Shown in pieces: positions 9,365 through 17,722 of a stretch of DNA of 62,854 bases. The notes beneath the pieces were generated by a model. The model was not told where the DNA came from and did no database searches. It saw nothing but the letters and a program-made list of their open reading frames with translations. Every line of letters starts with the position of its first letter. Position 1 is the first letter of the stretch. This DNA is from Oscillospiraceae bacterium (lineage in GTDB: Bacteria > Bacillota > Clostridia > Oscillospirales > CAG-272): NCBI GenBank assembly GCA_015064545.1, contig SVSA01000001.1, positions 1 to 62,854 of the forward strand, given 5' to 3'. The translations under genes were made by a program, and so were the position numbers.

Positions 9365-10309
9365 ATGAATACCCAGCATTTTCGTTATGCGCTCGAGGTG
9401 GAAAAGACGGGCTCAATCACACAGGCCGCCGAAAACCTGTTTATGGGCCAGCCGAATCTCAGCAAGTCCATCAAGGAGCTGGAGGATACCCTCGGTATTG
9501 TCATTTTCAAGCGAACCTCGCGCGGCGTGGTGCCGACCGAAAAGGGAAAAGCCTTTCTCCGTTATGCGAAGCACATTCTGAATCAGATCGATGAGATGTG
9601 CTCGGTCTGTCGCGATGATGATTCCGATCGCCAGCGCTTCAATGTCTGTGTGCCGCGCGGCAGCTATGTCTCGCATGCAGTGATGCAATTTGTCTCCTCG
9701 CTGAGTGACGGCGATGATCGCCCGTTTGATATTCATTTGGGCGAAACTACCTCCATTGACGGGATCAATATGGTGGCCGACGGCATTTTTACGGTTGGTG
9801 TGATTCGCTATCAGACCGCTTATGAAAATTATTTCCGTGACTATTGCCGGGATAAGGGATTGATGAGTGAAACCGTGTGGGAATTCGAAAGCCTTGCGCT
9901 GATGTCGGAAAACCATCCGTTAGCTGCCAGAGATAAGCTCTCGCTTTCGGATTTTGCTCCTTACGTCGAGGTTACACACGGTGACTGTAATGTCCCTTAC
10001 ATCAATGTGGCGCAAAGCGAAAATATGTCGCTGACGCTGTCGGGTAAAAAGGTTGTGAACCTCTACCAAGGAACCAGCCAATATACCCTCCTGTCCACCA
10101 TGACAACCGCCTTCATGTGGGTGTCGCCCACGCCGGATGAGATTCTGAAGCGATTTTCGCTGGTTCAGCGCAAGTGTGATGCGCCGGCCCATAAGTATAA
10201 GGATGTTCTGATTTGCCGCGAGGGCTACCGCTTCAGTGAGATCGAACGGCGATTCTTGGATAAGCTTTACGAAATTAAAAACCGTGTTGCGTTCAGCGAC
10301 CGATATTGA
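9365..10309 (+). CDS. LysR-family transcriptional regulator
   Basis: N-terminal wHTH FRYALEVEKTGSITQAAENLFMGQPNLSKSIKELEDTLGIVIFKRTSRGVVPTEKG plus a ~200-aa effector domain. GAGGAG RBS. Confidence 0.9.
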   Translation: MNTQHFRYALEVEKTGSITQAAENLFMGQPNLSKSIKELEDTLGIVIFKRTSRGVVPTEKGKAFLRYAKHILNQIDEMCSVCRDDDSDRQRFNVCVPRGSYVSHAVMQFVSSLSDGDDRPFDIHLGETTSIDGINMVADGIFTVGVIRYQTAYENYFRDYCRDKGLMSETVWEFESLALMSENHPLAARDKLSLSDFAPYVEVTHGDCNVPYINVAQSENMSLTLSGKKVVNLYQGTSQYTLLSTMTTAFMWVSPTPDEILKRFSLVQRKCDAPAHKYKDVLICREGYRFSEIERRFLDKLYEIKNRVAFSDRY

Positions 10310-10327
10310 GCGATACTGCCAAGTTAT

Positions 10328-10369
10328 AACCGCAGTTTTTGTCAGATTTGTGACAAGGCTGCGGTTTTT
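10328..10369 (+). terminator. Compound hairpin terminator after the lysR-family gene
   Basis: Outer stem aaccgcag / ctgcggtt and inner stem ttgtca / tgacaa, followed by ttttt. It starts 19 nt after the stop. Confidence 0.7.
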
Positions 10370-10370
10370 A

Positions 10371-10409
10371 CATTCCGAAATTGAATGTCGACATTCCGAA
10401 AATGGAATG
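10371..10409. promoter_or_regulatory. Two adjacent inverted repeats (LTTR-box-like), candidate operator
   Basis: CATTC-N7-GAATG (10371-10387) and CATTCC-N6-GGAATG (10392-10409). The 11-mer ACATTCCGAAA is repeated with 21-bp phasing. Confidence 0.35.
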
Positions 10410-10588
10410 GAAAGAGAGCCGAAAGGTATCAATCTTTTGAATAATCGGGCAAAATGAGCCGAAAAAAATAGAATTCGTGAAAGGATTTTTGTGAAATCGA
10501 AGAAAGGAATTTGCGGCAAATCGGGAAAAATTAATCGATAAAAATATATCGATATGCAATATTTGCATTTCCCATTCGACCTTGTTTT

Positions 10589-10597
10589 TGTTATAAT
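10589..10597 (+). promoter_or_regulatory. Extended -10 element (TGtTATAAT) upstream of the LDH/MDH-family gene
   Basis: TGTTATAAT lies 67 nt upstream of the ATG at 10664. No good -35 at 17 nt. Confidence 0.4.
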
Positions 10598-10663
10598 AGG
10601 GATGAAAGAATAGGGAAAAGTACCGCGTTCTGCGTACTTCCGAATGCCGAAAGGAGCCTGAGC

Positions 10664-11608
10664 ATGGGAAGAAAAGTTGCCATTATCGGTGCCGGTTATG
10701 TTGGCGCTACCGTTGCGTATACACTGGCTGTCAGCGGTAATGCCTCTGAGGTGGTTTTGATTGATATCAAAGAGGACAAAGCCTTTGGCGAAGCCATGGA
10801 TATTCGTCAGGGAGCACCGTATATTGCGCCGCTTCAGATTTACTCGGGAAGCTATGAGGATGCCAAAGGTGCCGATATTGTGATTTTAACATCCGGTGTG
10901 GCCCGCCGTCCCGGTCAGTCGCGGTTGGATCTGGCACAAATCAATGTCAATATTACCAAGAGTATTATTCCCGATATTACCCGCGTTGCTCCGAACGCCG
11001 TTTATATTATCGTCAGTAATCCGGTGGATATCCTGACTTATGTTTTCTGTAAATATAGTGGCTTGCCTGAAAAGCAGATTATCGGATCGGGCACCATTCT
11101 CGATACCGCACGCTTGCGTTCGCGTTTAGCCGAGAATTTCTCAATCAGTATGCAGAATGTTCACGCCAGTGTCTTTGGAGAGCACGGTGACTCTGCCTTC
11201 GTGCCTTGGTCGCTGGCCACCATCTCGGGCACGCCGGTTGATACCTATGCCCATGCCATCGGACTGGATGTTGACGGTAGCGGCTTCCGCCATGCGGAGA
11301 TCGAAGAATATGTCAGAACCTCCGGCTCCACCATTATCGCTGCCAAGGGTGCCACGTATTATGCCGTTTCGCTGTCGGTCAATCATATCTGCGGCTGTAT
11401 TTTCCGCGGTATCGATACCGCGCTCCCCGTTTCCACGATGATGAATGGCGAGTATGGCATCAGCGATGTTTGTCTCAGTACGCTGTCCGTCATTGGAAAG
11501 GGCGGTGTAAACGGAAAGATCATCTCGCCTTTGACCGATGACGAAATTGCCAAGCTGCAGTTCAGCGCCGGCAAGCTGAAGGAAGTTATTCAAAGTCTTG
11601 TGATCTGA
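10664..11608 (+). CDS. L-lactate/malate dehydrogenase family enzyme (LDH-type backbone); Arg at the Gln102-equivalent position suggests oxaloacetate/malate specificity
   Basis: 314 aa. Rossmann motif VAIIGAGYVG, SNPVDILT, GSGTILDTARLR, GEHGDS. The substrate loop is GVARRPGQSRLDL where LDHs have Q-K-P-G. AAGGAG RBS. Confidence 0.85.
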   Translation: MGRKVAIIGAGYVGATVAYTLAVSGNASEVVLIDIKEDKAFGEAMDIRQGAPYIAPLQIYSGSYEDAKGADIVILTSGVARRPGQSRLDLAQINVNITKSIIPDITRVAPNAVYIIVSNPVDILTYVFCKYSGLPEKQIIGSGTILDTARLRSRLAENFSISMQNVHASVFGEHGDSAFVPWSLATISGTPVDTYAHAIGLDVDGSGFRHAEIEEYVRTSGSTIIAAKGATYYAVSLSVNHICGCIFRGIDTALPVSTMMNGEYGISDVCLSTLSVIGKGGVNGKIISPLTDDEIAKLQFSAGKLKEVIQSLVI

Positions 11609-11663
11609 GCGTTTTCAAATTTGAAAGAGTAAGCCGGCGTGTCCGGTGATAAAGGAGTATATC

Positions 11664-13040
11664 ATGGAGTACCGTATCGAACACGATTCTATGGGTGAGG
11701 TTAAGGTTCCCGCCGACCGTTATTGGGCCGCGCAGACACAGCGCAGTTCTGAGAATTTCAGAATCGGCGTTGGCATCGAGGTTATGCCTCGCGAAATCAC
11801 GCATGCGTTCGGCGTATTAAAAAAGGCCGCGGCTATGGCAAATGCTACGCTTAAGCCCGAAAAAATGACAGCCGAAAAGCTGGCCGTTATTGCCAAAGCC
11901 TGCGATGAGGTGATGAGCGGATCGCTGAACGATCATTTTCCCCTTGTTGTTTGGCAGACCGGATCGGGTACGCAGTCGAATATGAATGCCAATGAAGTCA
12001 TCGCCAACCGTGCCAACGAAATTGCCGGTGCCAAGCTTTGCCATCCCAACGATGATATCAATATGAGCCAGTCCTCCAACGATACCTTTCCCACCGCCAT
12101 GCATATTGCCGCGGTGCTTGGCATCGAGGATAAGCTCCTTCCTGCTATCGACCGCCTGATTGCGACCTTCAAGCGTCTGGAGGCCGAACACGAGGGTATT
12201 GTCAAGAGTGGTCGTACCCATCTTCAGGATGCTACTCCCATTACCTTCTCGCAGGAGATCTCGGGCTGGCGCTCGAGTCTTGAGCGTGACCGTCAGCTTC
12301 TCGTGCTGGCTTTGGCTCCGCTTCATGAGCTGGCGCTCGGCGGTACGGCTGTCGGCACCGGTTTAAATGCTCCCAAGGGCTTCGACGTAGCGGTTGCCAA
12401 TGCGGTTTCGGAAATTACCGGTAAGCAGTTTGTTACGGCTGAGAATAAATTCCACGCCCTCACCTCCAAGGATGAGCTGGTCTTTGCTCACGGTGCGCTA
12501 AAGGCTTTGGCCGCTGATTTGATGAAGATTGCCAACGATGTTCGTTGGCTTGCTTCCGGTCCCCGAGACGGACTCGGTGAAATCGTGATTCCCGAGAATG
12601 AGCCCGGCTCCTCCATCATGCCCGGCAAGGTTAATCCGACGCAGTGTGAGGCGGTAACGATGGTAGCCGTTCAGGTCATGGGGAACGACGTTGCTGTCGG
12701 CATGGCCGCATCGCAGGGTAATTTTGAGCTGAATGTTTTCATGCCTGTCTGCATCTATAATTTCCTGCAGTCGGTTCGCCTTTTGGCCGATGTTATCGTT
12801 TCCTTCAATGATAACTGCGCGGTCGGCATTCAGGCAAACCGCGAAAAAATGCATCATAATCTTCACAATTCGCTGATGCTTGTCACGGCGCTGAATCCCT
12901 ATATCGGATACGAGAATGCCGCCAAGACGGCCAAAAAAGCATTCAAGGATAATATCTCGTTGAAAGAAGCCTGCGTGGCGCTTGGCTTCCTGACCGCAGA
13001 GCGGTTCGACGAGGTCTTCCATCCTGAGCAGATGGTCTGA
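11664..13040 (+). CDS. fumC: Class II fumarate hydratase
   Basis: [28 protein letters not shown], and signature [15 protein letters not shown]. The ATG at 11664 sits 6 nt after AAGGAG and is preferred to the ORF-track start at 11646. Confidence 0.95.
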   Translation: MEYRIEHDSMGEVKVPADRYWAAQTQRSSENFRIGVGIEVMPREITHAFGVLKKAAAMANATLKPEKMTAEKLAVIAKACDEVMSGSLNDHFPLVVWQTGSGTQSNMNANEVIANRANEIAGAKLCHPNDDINMSQSSNDTFPTAMHIAAVLGIEDKLLPAIDRLIATFKRLEAEHEGIVKSGRTHLQDATPITFSQEISGWRSSLERDRQLLVLALAPLHELALGGTAVGTGLNAPKGFDVAVANAVSEITGKQFVTAENKFHALTSKDELVFAHGALKALAADLMKIANDVRWLASGPRDGLGEIVIPENEPGSSIMPGKVNPTQCEAVTMVAVQVMGNDVAVGMAASQGNFELNVFMPVCIYNFLQSVRLLADVIVSFNDNCAVGIQANREKMHHNLHNSLMLVTALNPYIGYENAAKTAKKAFKDNISLKEACVALGFLTAERFDEVFHPEQMV

Positions 13041-13064
13041 TCACCGACCTGTGAAACTTGATAC

Positions 13065-13090
13065 GGGGCTGCCGTTTTTTCGGCAGCTCC
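13065..13090. other. GC-rich hairpin between fumC and hdrB with no U-tract
   Basis: ggggctgccg / cggcagctcc (10 bp, one G-U pair) around a tttttt loop. No downstream T-run on either strand. Confidence 0.35.
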
Positions 13091-13124
13091 GAAAGCCGTT
13101 TATAAGAGAAAGGAATTTTCCGGA

Positions 13125-13919
13125 ATGAAGTACAGTTATTACCCCGGATGCACGCTGAAAAATAAGGCCAAGGCCCTTGACCGCTATGCCCGTCTTTCGG
13201 CCGAGGCGCTTGGTATCACGCTGGAGGAAATTGCCGAATGGCAGTGTTGCGGCGGTGCTTATACGGCCGCAGGCGATGAGATTGCCACCAAGCTCCCGTC
13301 GGTACGCGCGCTCAAGGCTGCCGAAGCCGAGGGGCAGGATCTTGTCACCCTTTGCTCGGCTTGTCACAATGTGATCAAGCGTGTCCGAAATGATCTTATG
13401 ACAAATGAGGAATTTGCCGCTAAGGTGAATCGCTACATGGCAGACGAGGCGCCTTTTGCCGGTCAGACCAAGGTCGTACATTTTCTTGAGCTGCTCCGTG
13501 ATACGGTTGGCTTTGATACGCTGAAGGCCAGGGTGGTCCATCCGTATACCGGGAAAAAGATTGCAGCCTACTATGGTTGTCTGCTTCTTCGTCCCGGCAA
13601 GGTTTTGGCAATGGACGATCCCGAAAACCCCAAGATCATGGAGGATTTCATCCGTGCAATCGGCGGTGAGCCGGTGATTTATCCGTATCGTAACGAATGC
13701 TGCGGTGCTTACATCACCCTTGAGGATAAGGCCTCGGCGCTGCAGAAGAGCGCAGAGATTATGGCTTCGGCGTCAGGCTTCGGTGCTGATTATGTTATTA
13801 CGGCCTGTCCGCTTTGTCTGTATAATTTGAATGCCGCCTCCTGCGAATCGGCAGGTGTTCTCTATTTTACCGAGCTCTTGGCGAAGGCGCTCGGCGTTGA
13901 CGAGAAGGGGGAGGAATAA
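13125..13919 (+). CDS. hdrB: Heterodisulfide reductase subunit B-like protein (two CCG domains)
   Basis: Two cysteine-rich CCG repeats: YPGC...WQCCGG...LCSACH and YYGC...NECCGA...ACPLC. Confidence 0.85.
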   Translation: MKYSYYPGCTLKNKAKALDRYARLSAEALGITLEEIAEWQCCGGAYTAAGDEIATKLPSVRALKAAEAEGQDLVTLCSACHNVIKRVRNDLMTNEEFAAKVNRYMADEAPFAGQTKVVHFLELLRDTVGFDTLKARVVHPYTGKKIAAYYGCLLLRPGKVLAMDDPENPKIMEDFIRAIGGEPVIYPYRNECCGAYITLEDKASALQKSAEIMASASGFGADYVITACPLCLYNLNAASCESAGVLYFTELLAKALGVDEKGEE

Positions 13920-13922
13920 CTC

Positions 13923-14303
13923 ATGGATGCCCGTAAAGAAGAAATACTGCGCCGTTCCGGCGTGAATGTACGTAAATGCATGAAATGCGGCAAATGTTCG
14001 GGTACCTGTCCTGCCTATGATGAGATGGAGTACCATCCCCACGAGTTTGTGGCGATGGTGGAAAAGGGCGAGATTGATGCGTTGATGCAGTCACCCTCCC
14101 TGTTCAAATGCCTGAGCTGTATGGCTTGCATCGAGCGATGCCCCCGCGATGTTGCGCCCGGCAAGCTTGTTGAGGCCATCCGCCTTGAGGTAATCCGTCA
14201 GCAAGGCATGAATCACCTGAAGGCGGATGCCATTCCGGCCTTGCTTGACGACGATTTGCCACAGCAAGCGCTGATGACTGCTTTCCGAAAGTATAGCAAA
14301 TGA
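13923..14303 (+). CDS. hdrC: Heterodisulfide reductase subunit C-like 2x[4Fe-4S] protein
   Basis: 126 aa with CMKCGKCSGTCP and CLSCMACIERCP. It lies 3 nt after hdrB and has a GGGGAGG RBS. Confidence 0.85.
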   Translation: MDARKEEILRRSGVNVRKCMKCGKCSGTCPAYDEMEYHPHEFVAMVEKGEIDALMQSPSLFKCLSCMACIERCPRDVAPGKLVEAIRLEVIRQQGMNHLKADAIPALLDDDLPQQALMTAFRKYSK

Positions 14304-14325
14304 TCGTTCGAGAGGAGATAGGATA

Positions 14326-16317
14326 ATGCAGAGAATCGGAGTATTTGTCTGTCACTGCGGTACCAATATTGCGGCAACCGTTGATGTGCGTGCCGTGGCA
14401 GAAGCCTTACAGCATGAGCCCGGTGTCGTGATTTCCACCGAGTATCAATATATGTGTTCCGAGGCTGGACAGAACCTTATCAAGGATGCGATTCGCGATC
14501 ATGCTCTGACCGGTATCGTGATCTGCTCGTGCTCCCCCCGCATGCACGAGGCAACCTTCCGCAAAACGGCTGCAGCCGCAGGGCTGAATCCGTACATGGT
14601 TGAAATTGCCAATATTCGCGAGCAGGTTTCGTGGATTCACAAGGATATCCCGGCGGCAACCGAGAAGGCGATTGTTCTCGGACGTGCCGCTATTGCAAAG
14701 GTTCACCTGAATGCCCCGCTTAAGGCCGGTGAAAGCCCGGTCGTCAAGCGTGCGCTTGTCATCGGCGGCGGTATTGCCGGCATTCAGACGGCGCTGGATA
14801 TTGCCGATGCCGGCTTTGAGGTCGATATTGTCGAAAAGGAGCCGACAATCGGCGGTAAAATGACGCAGCTCGACAAGACCTTCCCGACCCTTGACTGTGC
14901 GGCTTGTATCCTCACGCCGAAAATGGTAGACTGCGCACAGCACGAAAAGATCAATATCTATTCGTATAGCGAGGTTTCTGAGGTCAAGGGCTTTGTCGGT
15001 AATTTCCGTGTGACGATCAAGAAAAAAGCGCGTTATGTGGATGAGCTGAAATGCACCGGATGCGGCCTTTGTACCGAAAAATGCCCGCAGAAAAAGGTGC
15101 CGAATGCGTTTAACCTCGGATTGGATAACCGTCGTGCCGTTTACATCCCCTTTGCGCAGGCAGTGCCGAAGGTCGCTACCATTGATGCCGATTACTGCAC
15201 CATGCTCAAGACCGGAAAGTGCGGCGTTTGTGCGAAGGTTTGTACAGCCGGTGCCATTGATTATCAGCAAAAGGATACCTTTGTGGAACGGGAGTACGGC
15301 GCTATTGTCGTAGCTACCGGCTTCAATCCCATTAAGCTGGATGCTTATGAGGAATATGCCTATTCGCAGAGCAAGGATGTCATTACCTCGTTAGAGCTTG
15401 AACGTTTGATGAATGCCGCAGGACCCAACGGCGGCACGCTTTTGCGTCCTTCGGATAAAACCCATCCGCATACCATTGTTTTTGTACAGTGCGTCGGCTC
15501 TCGTTGCGATGACAGCAAGGGTAAGAGCTATTGCTCCAAAATCTGCTGTATGTATACGGCGAAGCACGCGATGCTGATTCGCGAAAAGTATCCCGATACC
15601 GAGGTCTATGTCTTCTATATCGACGTACGTACGCCCGGTAAAAATTTTGATGAATTCTATCGTCGCGCTGTCGAGGAATACGGCGTGCATTACATCAAGG
15701 GCATGGTCGGCAAGGTTCTCCCCGAGCCGGACGGAACGTTGACGGTTCGTGCTTCGGATCTCCTTTCCAATGAACAGCTCAGAATCAAGGCGGATCTCGT
15801 GGTCTTGGCCGCCGCTATTGAGCCCGATAAGAGTGCCCGTCCGCTGGCGACGATGCTGACCGCCAGTATGGATACCAACGACTTCTTTACCGAAGCACAT
15901 CCCAAGCTTCGTCCCGTCGAAAGCCCGACGGCAGGCATTTTCCTGTCCGGTGCTTGTCAGGGACCGAAGGATATCCCCGAAACCGTTTCGCAGGCCGGCG
16001 CCGCCGCCGCGAAGGTGATCGGTCTGCTTGCCAAGGATAAGCTGACTTGTAATCCCTGTGTGGCGAAATCGGATGAGCTGCTTTGCAACGGTTGCTCGTC
16101 CTGTGAAAAGGTGTGCCCCTACGGTGCGATTACTTATGTCGATAAGGAGTTCCGCGGCCCGAATCGCACGACGCTCCTTCGCCGTGTGGCTTCGGTGAAT
16201 GAGGCAGTTTGTCAGGGATGCGGTGCCTGTACCGTGGCATGTCCGTCGGGAGCAATGGATCTCAAGGGCTTTACCAACAGTCAGATCATGGCGGAGGTTG
16301 ACGCAATATGCAAGTAA
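14326..16317 (+). CDS. hdrA: Heterodisulfide reductase subunit A-like FAD/FeS flavoprotein
   Basis: 663 aa. N-terminal GVFVCHCG, FAD motif LVIGGGIAGIQTALDIADAG, and ferredoxin motifs CTGCGLCTEKCP, CGVCAKVC, CNGCSSCEKVCP, CQGCGACTVACP. Confidence 0.9.
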   Translation: MQRIGVFVCHCGTNIAATVDVRAVAEALQHEPGVVISTEYQYMCSEAGQNLIKDAIRDHALTGIVICSCSPRMHEATFRKTAAAAGLNPYMVEIANIREQVSWIHKDIPAATEKAIVLGRAAIAKVHLNAPLKAGESPVVKRALVIGGGIAGIQTALDIADAGFEVDIVEKEPTIGGKMTQLDKTFPTLDCAACILTPKMVDCAQHEKINIYSYSEVSEVKGFVGNFRVTIKKKARYVDELKCTGCGLCTEKCPQKKVPNAFNLGLDNRRAVYIPFAQAVPKVATIDADYCTMLKTGKCGVCAKVCTAGAIDYQQKDTFVEREYGAIVVATGFNPIKLDAYEEYAYSQSKDVITSLELERLMNAAGPNGGTLLRPSDKTHPHTIVFVQCVGSRCDDSKGKSYCSKICCMYTAKHAMLIREKYPDTEVYVFYIDVRTPGKNFDEFYRRAVEEYGVHYIKGMVGKVLPEPDGTLTVRASDLLSNEQLRIKADLVVLAAAIEPDKSARPLATMLTASMDTNDFFTEAHPKLRPVESPTAGIFLSGACQGPKDIPETVSQAGAAAAKVIGLLAKDKLTCNPCVAKSDELLCNGCSSCEKVCPYGAITYVDKEFRGPNRTTLLRRVASVNEAVCQGCGACTVACPSGAMDLKGFTNSQIMAEVDAICK

Positions 16318-16748
16318 ATACCGAATTCAGACCCAAAATCGTGGCGTTCTGCTGTAACTGGTGCTCCTATGCGGGTGCCGATCTGGCAGGTACCAATCGT
16401 TTGCAGTATCCGGCCGATGTCAAGATCATCCGTGTTCCGTGCTCCTGCCGTGTCAATCCGCTTTTCATTCTCCGCGCGTTTCAGCGAGGGGCGGATGGCG
16501 TGATCCTTTGCGGCTGTCATCCCGGCGACTGTCATTATACCACCGGTAACTATTACGCCAGACGGAGAATGACGCTCCTCTTCTCGATGCTCGATTTCTT
16601 GGGTATCGAAAAGGAACGCACCCGTGTTGAATGGGTTTCGGCTGCCGAGGGCGCCAAGTTCGCCGCCACCATGAATGAGTTCGTCGAAACAGTTACCAAG
16701 CTCGGCGAAAACAAGAGACTGGAGGATCTGCGATGCAAGAAATCATGA
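16308..16748 (+). CDS. mvhD: MvhD/FlxD-like [2Fe-2S] electron-transfer protein
   Basis: 146 aa. KIVAFCCNWCSYAGADLAG...RVPCSCRV...ILCGCHPGDCHY. It overlaps the hdrA stop by 10 nt. Confidence 0.9.
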   Translation: MQVNTEFRPKIVAFCCNWCSYAGADLAGTNRLQYPADVKIIRVPCSCRVNPLFILRAFQRGADGVILCGCHPGDCHYTTGNYYARRRMTLLFSMLDFLGIEKERTRVEWVSAAEGAKFAATMNEFVETVTKLGENKRLEDLRCKKS

Positions 16749-17722
16749 AAAAGAAGGCACTTACGCTTCTTGCCGACGGCACGGTTACCCGTGTGCTCGG
16801 CTGGAAACGAGGTGACTTTGTATACGATATCACCCCGGCGGTTTTTGAAACGGCTGAGGAGGTAGAAACGGCGTTTGTCTATAACGCATTTTGCGGCAGT
16901 AATCTTTCCAAATATTTGGTGAAGGAAAGCCGCAAAGAGGGGAAAACTCTTGTTTTTCTTAAGCCCTGTGATTCCTACAGCCTTGCACAGCTTCTGAAAG
17001 AGCATCGCGTGAACCGCGAAAAGGTGTATGTTGTCGGCATCGAATGCTACGGCAAGGCCGACGTGGAGAAGATCCGCGACAAGAAGGGAGCTTCGATAAT
17101 TCGCTCTGTTCGCGAGGAAAACGGTATGCTCTCCGTTCGCGGCCTTGTCGATGCCGATGCCTCCATTCCCCTGTACGAAGTGCTGTTGGAAAAATGCGAG
17201 TCCTGCAAGAGCAAGAAGCATCCGATTTACGATGAGCTTCTCGGCGATGAGGGGGAGGTTGTCGAGGACTGTAATCGCTTTGATTTGGTTGCTCGGTTAG
17301 AGGCGATGACGCCCGATGAGCGGTATGAATTCTGGCGCGGTGAGTTGTCCCGTTGCATCCGTTGCAACGCTTGCCGCAATGTCTGCCCGGCTTGCACCTG
17401 CGAAAAATGCATTTTCGACAACGATGTTTCGGGCGTGGCGCAAAAGGCCGCCGCCGACAGCTTTGAAGAGAATATGTTCCATATTATCCGTGCCTTCCAC
17501 GTGGTTGGCCGTTGCACCGACTGCGGCGAATGCAGCCGAGTCTGCCCGCAGCACATTCCGCTTCATCTGCTGAATCGAAAGTTTATCAAGGATATCAATG
17601 AGCTATACGGCGAATATCAAGCTGGTGCCGATCCCGATACTCGTCCGCCGCTGGTTAACTACACCTTAAGTGATGCCGAGCCGAGTATTGTCCATACGAG
17701 AGGAGGAAAAGACAATGGTTAA
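16733..17722 (+). CDS. flxC: FlxC-like 2x[4Fe-4S] iron-sulfur protein
   Basis: 329 aa with CIRCNACRNVCPACTC and CTDCGECSRVCP. GGAGGA RBS. It overlaps mvhD by 16 nt. The name is assigned by position in the flxDCBA order. Confidence 0.6.
   Translation: MQEIMKKKALTLLADGTVTRVLGWKRGDFVYDITPAVFETAEEVETAFVYNAFCGSNLSKYLVKESRKEGKTLVFLKPCDSYSLAQLLKEHRVNREKVYVVGIECYGKADVEKIRDKKGASIIRSVREENGMLSVRGLVDADASIPLYEVLLEKCESCKSKKHPIYDELLGDEGEVVEDCNRFDLVARLEAMTPDERYEFWRGELSRCIRCNACRNVCPACTCEKCIFDNDVSGVAQKAAADSFEENMFHIIRAFHVVGRCTDCGECSRVCPQHIPLHLLNRKFIKDINELYGEYQAGADPDTRPPLVNYTLSDAEPSIVHTRGGKDNG

Noticed and set aside
10489-10495. Perfect Rex half-site TTGTGAA upstream of the dehydrogenase gene, and TGTGAA at 13050-13055 upstream of hdrB
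   Set aside because: No matching TTCACAA half-site lies at the required 4-6 nt spacing in either case. Isolated half-sites are expected by chance.
10368-10568. 66-aa minus-strand ORF and a 73-aa plus-strand ORF (10236-10457) in the AT-rich spacer
   Set aside because: They have no RBS and odd Phe/Ile/Asn-rich composition caused by the AT-rich intergenic sequence. One is merely an alternative frame of the lysR 3' end.
14407-15270. 287-aa minus-strand ORF inside hdrA
   Set aside because: It is an antisense shadow. The plus-strand frame has the FAD and ferredoxin motifs.
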